From: Tubiluchus corallicola | Taxonomy: Eukaryota > Animalia > Priapulida | Direction of reading: 5' to 3' | NCBI GenBank assembly: GCA_030141605.1 | Contig: JAQGDQ010000017.1 | Coordinates: 1,240,001 to 1,304,000 of the forward strand | DNA: 64,000 nt | Shown: one piece after another, positions 42,301-51,878 of the stretch | Numbering within the stretch: position 1 is the first letter of the stretch | How the letters are laid out: every line of letters starts with the position of its first letter | Translations under genes and position numbers: made by a program | Notes under the pieces: model-generated | Told to the model about the DNA's origin: nothing | Database searches by the model: none | The model's input: only the letters and a program-made list of their open reading frames with translations

Positions 42301-43145
42301 AGTACATTGGTACTGTAAGATATTCAGTGTGTTGTACTAAAACTAGGCAAGTTTTAAGATAAAAAATTTTCAAATTTCGAATTTACCGCTGTGCTCACGC
42401 AGTACATATGCAGTACGTCAGAACCGAGCACATCTGAACTGAGTGGAACAGCACCTATTTTTTGTGCAACGCATTTCCAAAATGCACACGCCAATGCCCG
42501 TCTAACTAGCGAATGGTGAAATGCATGTAACAGGGAGGAACTAGTAACGTGAATGTCAAATTGTGTTTCTGTTGTAATAATTGTTTCATTTTTGAGAAAA
42601 AATAGTGTTTTCTTTCAATATTTTAAAGAGTGGATTGTTTTGACCTACAGTTTAAGAATGGGTCCGCTTTTGCTTTAAGAGTGTGCTGAAGCTCGTCAAT
42701 GAATGGATAGGTAATCTCTGATTTCGAAAGTTGCTTTGCGCAATTTCTTTGGCCATACTGATTCTAGCTAGTGACATCATAGGAAAAGGCTGTATTCACA
42801 TCTAATCAAGGCTAGTACTCCTCTGCTGGTTTAGTGTCTCTTCTAGAGGCATTCTTTGATAGTAAACAAGGTGCCACACACATCAACGTTGAATTATCCA
42901 TGCTGTTTAATGTTAGATTCTGGTTTCAAACATTTTTCTTCATCAGTTTTGTATAGGAGGTTTTATCAATTTTTCTTCTTCGAATTATTTATTTGGTGCA
43001 GAATTTTGCTATTTATTTTATTTTAGCAAGTTTTTATTTTTTACAGGAAGATGCTACAATGTGCGGTGGCAGCAGTGCTGTACAAGCCCCGGTAGCTGTT
43101 GTATTATTATTAATAGTTACAGTTGTCACATTCGGCATTGGGTGA
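11222..43145 (+). CDS. CACNA2D: Voltage-dependent calcium channel subunit alpha-2/delta (CACNA2D-like), ~1032 aa, GPI-type C-terminus
   Basis: Frame-consistent GT-AG exons: 11222-11298, 11693-11774, 15013-15132, 15277-15336, 15967-16102, 17078-17209, 18070-18184, 18605-18704, 19083-19244, 21139-21261, 22802-22930, [23954-24043 or 25057-25140], 26883-26939, 27768-27845, 29689-29763, 30233-30304, 31093-31226, 32225-32329, 33784-33869, 34417-34564, 35919-36121, 37217-37353, 38265-38335, 39022-39100, 40029-40276, 41508-41617, 41995-42071, 43047-43145. Hallmarks: signal peptide, [36 protein letters not shown] and [50 protein letters not shown], and CGG followed by a hydrophobic tail. Confidence 0.95.
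14341..14830. mobile_element. Foldback MITE, family C copy 1
   Basis: Long imperfect inverted arms starting AATAAGCCTTTTCA. Internal sequence shared with 25903-26286 and 27354-27675. Confidence 0.75.
19458..19877. mobile_element. hAT-like MITE with GTCAGGGAAA subterminal repeats
   Basis: Termini CGGGTTTCCAC...GTGGGAATGCTG and repeated (G)TCAGGGAAA motifs near both ends. Confidence 0.6.
20174..20628. mobile_element. Tc1/mariner-like MITE with perfect TIRs
   Basis: Perfect 27-bp TIR CCGTATTTTCCCGTGTATAAGAGACCC, with TA on both flanks. Confidence 0.9.
21460..21820. mobile_element. MITE family B copy 2 (inverted)
   Basis: Reverse-complement homology to 3366-3720; TA flanks. Confidence 0.75.
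22949..23293. repeat. (TACA)n microsatellite with GACA/CA variants
   Basis: Directly visible. It generates the spurious HTYI/MYVC ORFs. Confidence 0.98.
23954..24043 (+). CDS. CACNA2D: alpha2-delta alternative exon 12a ([30 protein letters not shown])
   Basis: TAG| acceptor, |GTACGA donor, 90 nt, phase 0-0, no stop. Paralogous to exon 12b (L-x-RPM-x-L ... QWT-x-AYL). Confidence 0.8.
24280..24420. repeat. (CT)n/(CCCT)n microsatellite between exons 12a and 12b
   Basis: Directly visible pyrimidine tract. Confidence 0.98.
25057..25140 (+). CDS. CACNA2D: alpha2-delta alternative exon 12b ([28 protein letters not shown])
   Basis: CTATAG| acceptor, |GTAAAT donor, 84 nt, phase 0-0. Matches the canonical alpha2-delta-1 segment EYLDVLGRPMVL...QWTNVYLDAL. 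Confidence 0.92.
25903..26286. mobile_element. MITE family C copy 2
   Basis: TIRs TAAGCCTTTTCACAGTTTC...GAAACTGTGAAAAGGCTTA. Confidence 0.8.
27354..27675. mobile_element. MITE family C copy 3
   Basis: TAACCCTTTTAACAGTT...AACTGTGAAAAGGCTTA; internal homology to 25903-26286. Confidence 0.75.
27916..28360. mobile_element. piggyBac-like MITE, copy 1
   Basis: TIRs CTCCTTCAGAACCA...TGGTTCTGAAGGAG flanked by TGAA/TTAA. Inverted homologue at 55959-56617. Confidence 0.7.
30436..30879. mobile_element. Dispersed repeat family D (TTAA-flanked, Kolobok-like), copy 1
   Basis: Collinear similarity to about 39638-39907 and 40295-40780 (e.g. AAAGTTATATTACTTAGCA..., CTGTGTGCAATAAG). Confidence 0.6.
35150..35731 (+). 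mobile_element. 3' end of a LINE (CCHC-type C-terminus)
   Basis: DERMCNLC...[10 protein letters not shown] is typical of L2/Crack/Daphne-like ORF2 ends. Followed by AATAAA and a (TGAATT)n tail. Confidence 0.65.
36123..36540. repeat. (TATTA)n microsatellite starting at the exon 21 donor
   Basis: Directly visible. It explains the IILYY read-through ORF 35983-36705. Confidence 0.98.
36594..37017. mobile_element. MITE family B copy 3
   Basis: Same-orientation homology to 3366-3720. Confidence 0.7.
37490..38123. mobile_element. Probable Helentron/DINE-like non-autonomous element
   Basis: CpG-rich insertion with GACCTTTCGTTTGATATATAG...GAGCTATAGC, a TA microsatellite and an AATTAATATATACGAT end, recalling DINE-1-type elements. 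Boundaries are approximate. Confidence 0.4.
39638..40780. mobile_element. Repeat family D copies 2 and 3 (~39638-39907 and ~40295-40780) flanking alpha2-delta exon 25
   Basis: Both begin TTAAAG.C.AAGAA.AGG.CATTTTAAAGT and align with 30436-30879. Confidence 0.6.
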
Positions 43146-45349
43146 CAGCTTGATTTCAGGTTACTAATGTGAACTGTGCTTTAGATGGAAAACAGACAGC
43201 TGTGACTGATCCTGTGGTGAGACAGCAACTATTTTGAAATGCTTGGTACAAAAAGTACAAAAAGGTGCCGTCTTCTGGAAGTTTCTGATGAGTAAGTCCA
43301 GTAAGATGACAGGTTTTTGGTCAAGTTGTGTAATAAGTGCAATGGTATTTTACATTATTCGCTTTTGAATAATGAAATAACAAATTTTTTATTGATTTAA
43401 AGTTTTTGAATTGAGGCTGCCCAAAGTGTTGTAGTTCATGTGTAAACTCTAAAAAAATTTAATTTTTAGTGCAAAATCTCTTAGTGTTAGCAAATTATCT
43501 TAATCGTAAAACTCATAGGCACACTTTTTTGTCTTTGTTTCTGGGCTTGCATGCATAATTTATTAAAAACTTAATTTTGTTAAAAATTTTATCACTGCTA
43601 ATTGAAAGAGAAGAGCACAATGCTTTAAAGTGATAAAATTTGTGCATGGAACTTGCCTGACATTAATTCTAGTCACCATATTGTCTGTATATATATTTGA
43701 GTGTATTTTATGTATTTATACGTATGTCGAATGCTGGTAATATGATTTCTATAGGAAGCATATTTTTTCCTAAAATTTTGTGATAACAATGATTAATTAC
43801 ATGATATTTATTATAAGCATGTTCAGGATTTTAGAAAATCATCGTAGCATAATTTTTGTTAAAAGCGAAATCATGTTGTCAAGATTCAGCTGTACATTGT
43901 CATATGTAACTAAAATTTCTAGTGTGGTTGAGGTTAGTCTGTTATAAGTGCTGTAGTAAAATGTGTACAAAATGTTGTGTTTTAGTTAAGGGTTGCTATA
44001 TATTTTTATAGTTTGCTTTTAATGAGGTTGGGCGACATATCTTCAACCGTATTTATATGAATTACAGTATTTTCCAACACTAACGACCTTGTTTCGTTTA
44101 ATAAAAACAATTTTACGAGTTAAAAGCAATATGATAACTTTTAACAACTGGTATTGCTTCCTGCCAGATATAAACAACAGATGTAAAATTTCTTTATATG
44201 TACAGTGTGTTAATAATGTACATAAAACGTTAGTATTTGATAAAATAAGTATTCCAAAAAGTGCAAATTTATACTTTTTTATTAAATTGAAAATTTTGGT
44301 AAAGTTTCTTGATCGGGACTTTCATTAGGTGCTTAAGTTTTCTGCATTTCGCTTAGCAATTTAACAGTATTACTATGCGTCTCTTTAGCCTGTATGATAT
44401 TTGTGAATTATATACAAATGTTTTATCAAATAAACTTTCATATCAAAACTAAAGTATTACAAGCTAGCCATTTATCAAAATATTGAAGCTATCAAATTCA
44501 AAGTATGGACAATAATTATGCAGCTTGTATTCACATTTAAAGGGCCATGAGCCCATAATGCTTCCTTTTGTACACTAATAAATGGCACCATGTGTAGTGC
44601 TTTTGCACAGTGCACAAGAACAAAATTTCAGTGAAATATGATAAGTACAAATGTTGTCAAATGTCATCATTGTTTTAATTTGCAATTTTTATTGCCTGTT
44701 GAAATTATATGAAAGAATATTTTTCAAAATTTAGACCAAAATGCGAAGCATTGGGTCAGTCGCTTATTGAGTTTTTTCTGCCAAATTGCCTGATGTCATT
44801 TAGAACACCATTTGACCATTGCTGTGTATCCGTTTTTCATAGTAATTTCGAATACATAGTAGCTGTATTGTGACGTCACAATATAAATACTGGCTAAAAA
44901 CTTATGTCATGAACAATGAGAGCAAGACTGGCCTCACAGCGAAATAGGCTCTTTATAGAATTACTTTACACTGTAACTAAGTAATCAGTCAGATTGCTGT
45001 TGTACGAAATGCACCCGGGCTTTCGTTTATTAATTACGGACTATTTTGCATGTTGCAAATACACAGTTATTCTTTTGTGTTCATTGTGGTGTTAACTTAT
45101 TATCAGATACTTTCATGTTGTTATTTGCAATAATTTTTAATAGTTCTTATAGTGGTAGCCTGTATGCAACATGTGTCATGAAAATTCTGTTATTAGAGAC
45201 TTGTACTACGTGCCTATATAGAGATTATCATACCTTAATACATCATATTATATAATGCTAAACTTTAGTTGTTTATTGTACAGCAATATTTTGTGTTACA
45301 CTGTACCTTGCATTTGAAGCAAGAATGAACTGCTCAAGATTAATTCCCC

Positions 45350-45740
45350 AAAGTTAAGCGCCAATTCTCCAAAGTGAAGCACCAGAATGTAGGGGGGTTA
45401 GTCCAGGGAAAAGTTAAGCGCTAGTTCTCCAAAGTGAAGCATCAGTTCTACAAAGGGAAGCATCAGAATGTAGGGGGGTTAGTCCAGGGGAAAGTTAGGC
45501 ACTAGTTCTCCACAGTGAAACAGCAGGGAATGGGGGGATGGGGTTAGTCCAGAGGTAAGTTAAGCAGTAGTTCTCCAAAGTGAGACAGCAGGGAATAGGG
45601 GGGAGGGGGTTAAGCCAGAGGTAAGTTAAGCACTAGTTCTCCAAAGTGAAACAGCAGGGAATAGGGGTTAGTCCAGAGGCAAGTTGAGCAGCAGCTCTCC
45701 AGTGTGAAGCACCAGGGTATAGCAGGGTTAGTCCAGGGGT
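45350..45740. repeat. ~60-bp minisatellite, about 6 units
   Basis: Unit approximately AAGTTAAGCACTAGTTCTCCAAAGTGAAGCACCAGAATGTAGGGGGGTTAGTCCAGGG. Confidence 0.9.
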
Positions 45741-47367
45741 ATGTTTATCATCAGGGATAAGCCTGTCTCTGAACCCTTACAGTCTGTTAGCTCTACGGGG
45801 GGCCCTGGCTAAAGGTCAAAGTTCATTTAGCAGAGGTGGTCTTGGGAGATTATTAGAGATTTATCCCTCAGGTTATTGGAGAGTCATTTATGCAGTCAGG
45901 TAATTTATGGTTGACAAAAGTATTAATAAATCCTGCAAGTGACATGGGACATTTTAATTGTTTGGTACCTAATCATCAAAGCTTTTTATCTCAGCTTGCT
46001 AGCTGTACTGCAGTAATGCAAAGACACTTTTGACATCCGTGCTGTGGAAAAATTGTTTCTTATAGGTTTCTTATATGTCGTTTGCTTATTAAGTCGTGGG
46101 AATGTTAAATATATTGTTAAGTATTATTAGCAGTTTGTTGTAAAATTTTTTATGTATTCTGTAAAATTATTGTTGGTTACACATTATTTGTTTTTATCAA
46201 AATATCAAGTGGTCACGTTCTAACTATTAGGTAGCACAATTGTGTTATATACTACCAGGTTTCGTTATGGTAGAGCTAGTCTTGATTCAGATCAATTTTA
46301 AAAAAGTGCCACAGTCAACAGCCACTCTCGCAGTCACATTCACAAACAACTGAATTATGATGCTTCTGTCAGTTTCCCAAATTTAATACTAAATTATGAT
46401 CCATTCCCTTTTTGATTTGGGACAGTGAATATTAATTTTTAGATTGTTTCACGTTTGAACTGAGAAAATAAACTAGTCAAATATGTTTTCTTTTAAATAC
46501 GATTTTACTGGCCTTGTGTTAAATTTCTGAAAAAAAATTAGGCCTACCTGGCCTAGGCACTTATGCATTGCATTATTATGCTGTTATTTAGAATAGATAA
46601 TGAACTGCTTTTTGATGCTAGATTAAACACATGAACTAACTTCAACTAAAGAACTATGAACTGAACTCAAACACATGTCACATTTATAATAAATTGCACA
46701 GATCAAGCTGCAATACTGTAAACCTTATAAACGTATGCAGTTTTTTACAACTTACAAAACAAGAGACCAAAACACATATCTTTGCTAACTTCCATGTTCT
46801 ACAACCAAAATGACAATTTGAAGTTTTCAGATAAATATAATCCATAATTTTTAGCACTGAATTACACCACCAGAATTTTCTCTTCTTCTGCAAAGGAATT
46901 TCAAGATTTAAATTTAGAGAGTTGCACTAGATAGCAATAACACTTCACAAACAAAACTAGATTAATATTCATAGTAAAAATTTCATTAATACTTCACAGT
47001 GATGTAAAAATAGCCTTATCAAATATCACAGTCTTTAAACACTGTTGGGCAGTCACAGTTCAATATCCCATAATGTGCAACATGATCATAGTTCACTATG
47101 TGCAACAAGGTCATAGTCCCCTTATATGCAAATGGTCATAGTTCTGTATTATGAAGCCTGGTAATAGTTCTATAGCTTGCAACATGGCCACAGTTCTATA
47201 AAACTGCAAGCACCAACATGATTCATTGATGTTCAGCAGTCTTTCACCAACTATTTGACTTTTCAATCTTCATTCCATTAAATTCTGGAATCTGCCACAT
47301 TTTGGTATTTTCACAGTTGCACACCTTTATTGTCTGCACCGCATGCCCATCAATGGCTTAGGCAGAC

Positions 47368-50300
47368 TTAAGAAAACTCATAACCCTTTCTTTTCAAGTC
47401 TTCTCTGGCTTCTTTTATGTGTTGCTCCAGCTCAGCGGCAGCTTCCGGACAGTCGTTAAACGTCACGACTCTGTGCGCTATCACCACTAGCGAATAGGCC
47501 TGAAATGTTTAAGACATGCTTGCATAATGGGAACATCAACGCGGCACAATCATTGAATTTCATGAAAAAAATCAAAGATCATGAGTGGATGATCAGGCAT
47601 CAATCATTCAGACATTATTGAATAACTGCTACCAATACAGTATATGATTACTAATAATCATTGTTAATAGCAAGTATACATGCAAAAGGCAGATGTTTCT
47701 GAAAGTGAGACAGAGCAGAGCTAAGTAAGAGTAAAATTAATATGGGTGGTACAAATTCAAAATTAATTCAGTATTGATACCAAACAGGAAGTGGGAAAAA
47801 AAAGTTGGGATACAGCCTGGATATGAACCTGGGACTTTCAGATTACAAAGCAGTTGCATTCATTAGAACAGTAAGGCATGATAGTGGGTTAAGGAATCTA
47901 CCTTGTAAGCAGAAGGTCCCTCGTTCAAACCCAGACTGTATCCCAACCTTTCGCATTTTTCACCTTGCAAGTTTGCTATCGAAATTTAGTTAATTTGGCA
48001 TAATTTAGTTAATCATACCACCATTTACAACAATCTTGGCATTAAGATTATAATACATGTAACTGGTAAAATATTTCAGTGCTCAATTTTTCTTCAGTGC
48101 TCAGCTGAGCACTACCTAAACTAAGATGTCTTAAAATTTGGCACTGATTTTATTACATTTTATGTTGTCGCTTTTAAGAATACGTTAAGGAAATATAGGT
48201 GTGGCAAATATAAGTGTGCTATGTCCACTAGAAAGATTGAATCAATGATAACTGAATTAGAGACTATTTTTGATGAATTTTCGATGCAGCACTAGCTACC
48301 ACACATAAAATTACATTATAGCATAATTTGTAACCACCCTGGGATGACAGGATGGTTTATAAAACCAGACACAAATGACTGTGTTAAAGTCTCCATTGAT
48401 TATTATCCAGAACAAAAATAACAGTGAATGTGCACTCAAACTCTGGAACTAAATCAATTATAACACTGCAGTGCCATCTATTGTGATTTACATAGATTAC
48501 GATTAATGACTAAACTCTTATCATTACACATCTGTAACTAAGTTACATTACGAACGTAATGGCTCTGCTCTTGGGTATTCTTCATGTTAGATTTGAAACT
48601 TGCACTTTGACTGACGTTTTTGCGCTTATGTTTGACAAAGACCAAGGGGCTAGTTTCACAAAGCCGTCACTAAATTAGCGATGTCATTGCTATGTTTACT
48701 TAACTATTAATAATGACGTCGTTAAGTTAGTGACGGCATTGTGAAACCGGGCCCCAGAGCTAATAGTGTCAGAAATCTTTCACTGGAATAAGGCTGGCCA
48801 CAATTTTTGTCTGTCTGACCTTGTAAGCACAAAAAATGTCTGTAGGGAGTAAACAAAAAAAATTTGAAGTTCTGAGATTCAAATATTTAACATCGTTTTA
48901 ATATCATTACATGGATATTGTATTACATAGACTAAACATTGTGATGCGCACACTGTTAATCCAATGCAAGCATCGCTTGTTCTTTTCAAAAAAGATATTA
49001 ATGCAGACGACTGCTGATGCACAAATCATGGCACATGAAGCAGCTATTTTCAGACTACTGAAAGCGAAGCACTGCTCACTGTGAATGCCAATCTCATTCG
49101 AAATGACATTAGACATATCATTTTTGGCTTCTTTAACAACAAAAATTGTTATAAGATGTTCATTGTTTTCACAAAATGGTTGATTTAACTATCAACTCAC
49201 CCCAAATCCAACAACAAGGTACATGGGAAACTGGAAAGAAATAAAAAAATATTAAGCACTAAGCTACAACTGCTAACAATAGCTCATACTACACACATAA
49301 AATAACTCTTACCTGCTATACTTTTTTATTAACATAGTACTACTGAGAACATATGAATGTCAAATGGTGTTTGCTGTTTTACAATATGCAAATAAGTACA
49401 GTCACTCCCCAACATATGAACAAGATGCGTGTCACAAAGCTGTTCGTATATTGAATTATTCGTAAGTCGTTATTTTGCCATTAGCCATGATGGAGGGGTT
49501 AATTTTCTCACAAAAAATGAAAAACACCGAGAAATGTAACGAAAAGCTAACAACGTGTTACCACTAATGAGCGTGTTACCAAACTGCCGCTCTTGAGCAG
49601 CATGTAGTGCTGCGCGGCGTAGGTTGTACTACACAAAAGGTGCGCAACTCAAAATTCGGAGTTCAGGAAGTATTGCGAACATGATTTTAACTTACGCCAC
49701 AGTCTATTCGTATTTCCAAATGTTCGTAAGTCGAATGTTCGTAAGTCGGATGTTCATAAGTAGGGTGCTGTCTTGTGTTACAGTTAACAAATTTCATAAA
49801 TAATTTAACTTCCCATACAACAAAAATAGCCTTGAAATCTTGGCATTAATTTTTTTTTGTTTAATCTAGATGAAAACGTGATTAATATTACAAAAGCAGA
49901 TTGAAAGCAAAGTGCCATCCGATAAAGATTTTAATTTGCAAATTTTTTGAGCTGCCACTGATCTCCTTGTGCAATTTTTTCTATTTTGAAAGCTAATGGG
50001 GATGAATGCCAGTGTAGAATAATACCACATTTCATTCTATTTAGAAGAGGCACAGCAAAAAAAGGTGTAGAAGCAAAAAACGCGACTTTTCAGCAACAAG
50101 CATTGAAACACTGATGTACCATACGTCTAAAAGTATTTTCCATGAAACTACAACATTGTTTAATGATTATTTGCTTGACATGATTATCAAAAACAGTGAT
50201 AATAAGATTTTGCATTGCCGAAATGTTATTCTTAAGCAAAGACTACTGTAAGAGAGAAAGCTTAAAATAATCACAAGTGATAATACATACGCCTAAAGCA

Positions 50301-50416
50301 ATATAGTAACAAGAGTCTGGTATAGGCACCAGTCCGAGCAAAATTCCTAACCATACACCAAGACATACACCAACTGCAAATAGCCATTCTTCTAACTTTG
50401 TGAAGTGCTGTGCCAT
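47368..50416 (-). CDS. DPM3: Dolichol-phosphate mannosyltransferase subunit 3 (95 aa)
   Basis: Exons 50416-50291 (MAQHFTKLEEWLFAVG...IALG), 49230-49201 (FPMYLVVGFG) and 47499-47368 (AYSLVVIAHRVVTFNDCPEAAAELEQHIKEAREDLKRKGYEFS*), all phase 0 with GT-AG sites. TKL..W and RV.TFNDC.EAA.EL...I.EAR.DL.RKG are DPM3 signatures. A probable 5' UTR exon ends at 51655 (CAG|GTAACT). Confidence 0.95.
47745..48022. mobile_element. Palindromic repeat with two inverted tRNA-derived units at its centre
   Basis: Arms GGTGGTA...GTTGGGATACAGCCTGGATATGAAC and GTTCAAACCCAGACTGTATCCCAAC...TACCACC. The right unit shows A-box-like TAGTGGGTTAAG, loop TTGTAAG and B-box GTTCAAACC. Half copies at ~22665-22772 and ~62580-62672. 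Confidence 0.65.
48646..48755. mobile_element. 110-bp hairpin MITE (PIF/Harbinger-like)
   Basis: About 43-bp near-perfect inverted arms GGGGCTAGTTTCACAAAGCCGTCACTAA...TTAGTGACGGCATTGTGAAACCGGGCCCC. Confidence 0.75.
49399..49777. mobile_element. pogo/Tigger-like MITE
   Basis: Starts TA|CAGTCACTCCCCAACATATGAAC, has repeated TTCGTAAGTCG motifs and ends GTTCATAAGTAGGGTGCTGTCTTG. Confidence 0.55.
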
Positions 50417-51169
50417 TGTGCCTGTAATCAAACAGTAATCAAAATCCAACTATTGTATGTATATGAAATCAAATTCATTTACTTTTCTTAACAAACCAAC
50501 ATTAATCACAGGAACAAGGTAATGTTTTATACAGACTTATTATAACTAAAATTTTTATAATTATATAATTTAGCGTCACGCGTTACAACTTAATTGAGCA
50601 TTCTTTGTTACAATTCAATTCAATTCAACTTATTGCGCAAATATACAATTAACATTACATGCATGGGCAAGTACAAAATGGAAAAATATATACATGTAGA
50701 ACTACAGAATACTATTAAACATATAAAAAAGTGAAGTGCTGCTACTTAGCTATACTAGATATTATGAGATACAGATCGACTAGTACAATTATATTATTAA
50801 TCAAACTGATTGAGATTTTGGTAGCCCAATGATACTTGCTAGTAGTAATTAATATAATTAATCACTACAGATTGCAAAGCTTTATATTAATTACTAAGCT
50901 ATGACTAGGGATATACATTGGCTAGCTCATATTACAGCATCAAAACTAACTGAGAGTTTGCTTTTACGATCACATGCTAGACAAAGACAATAATATTATA
51001 GTTACTAGATTTGTACAAAAGTCAATCACAAAATTTACAACATAATCTATCTTCATATTACATATATATAATGCTCAACTATATTCTAATTACAGTATCT
51101 TTGTATAGCCAGGATTTCCACATTATTGCTTTTGCACTATTATTTGGATTTTAGATAATCCTTCCAGTA

Positions 51170-51500
51170 TACACTCAGTGATAAATTTTCCAAAGGTATT
51201 TAGGTAAATTTTGTTCTCAGAATTGAATAACAAGAGTAGGGAGAAAAATGATATACTGTACAGACTCGGTCTTCATATTTTTCTCTTATTGCTTCATACG
51301 TACGAAATGTAATTCAACTTCTATTGTGTTTTGCTAGTTGCTTTTATTGTTCTTACAAAGTATGCATAATTTTTCATTTTCTGATTGGTTTGTGTATCTG
51401 CCTTTCTCAATTTGTATTTCATGATACTCACCCTGAATTTCGTTATGTTTTATCTATGTTATTTGTTCCTTAAACTTGTAAGATGTGCTTGTGAAAAAAT
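51170..51500 (-). mobile_element. Degraded LINE ORF2 3' end
   Basis: Minus-strand EIQIEKGRYTN...EKLCILCK...EVELHF resembles the IETGRY...RLC..C...EDE.HF LINE terminus. Confidence 0.55.
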
Positions 51501-51599
51501 AAACTTAAATTTGAAGCTGTTCTGATGATCGCTGCGAGGCTCCAATCAAATCAAATCAAAATTTTCACAAAATAGTTTATTTCACAAAAGCCATAAAAA

Positions 51600-51878
51600 C
51601 AGAGGAAACTGGGCAACCACGTGCTAATGTTTATACATCAGTGGGCAAAGTTACCTGTTCTTCTATTGGTCGACGGTCGAGTATAGTCACGTACAGCACG
51701 AAGCAGAAGATCCAATCAATGATCCTTATCTTTCGTTTCCAACAATGCAACCAAGCCACGTTTATGTGTTTATTAGACGAAAGATTGTTTCGTTCATTTA
51801 TCGATTCGCATTCTTGTGCTTTTTTCATAAATAATAAAAGATCATCCTTATAAGAAAAACTTTCATATTTTTTCATAG
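51600..51878. promoter_or_regulatory. Bidirectional promoter region of DPM3 / SLC35C1
   Basis: About 220 bp separate the DPM3 5' UTR donor (51655) from the SLC35C1 ATG (51879). CpG-rich, with ATTGG (51665), CCAAT (51712) and CCACG (51617, 51756). Confidence 0.55.

Noticed and set aside
43143-43172. TGA-C stop context suggesting readthrough of alpha2-delta
   Set aside because: The context is TGA CAG rather than TGA CTAG, and the extension is only about 9 codons.
45350-45740. CRISPR-like or telomeric array
   Set aside because: Eukaryotic context, no unique spacers, and GGGTTAG occurs only once per unit. It is an ordinary minisatellite.
47875-47946. tRNA-Thr(TGT) gene
   Set aside because: The acceptor and D stems do not pair, and it is part of a palindromic repeat.
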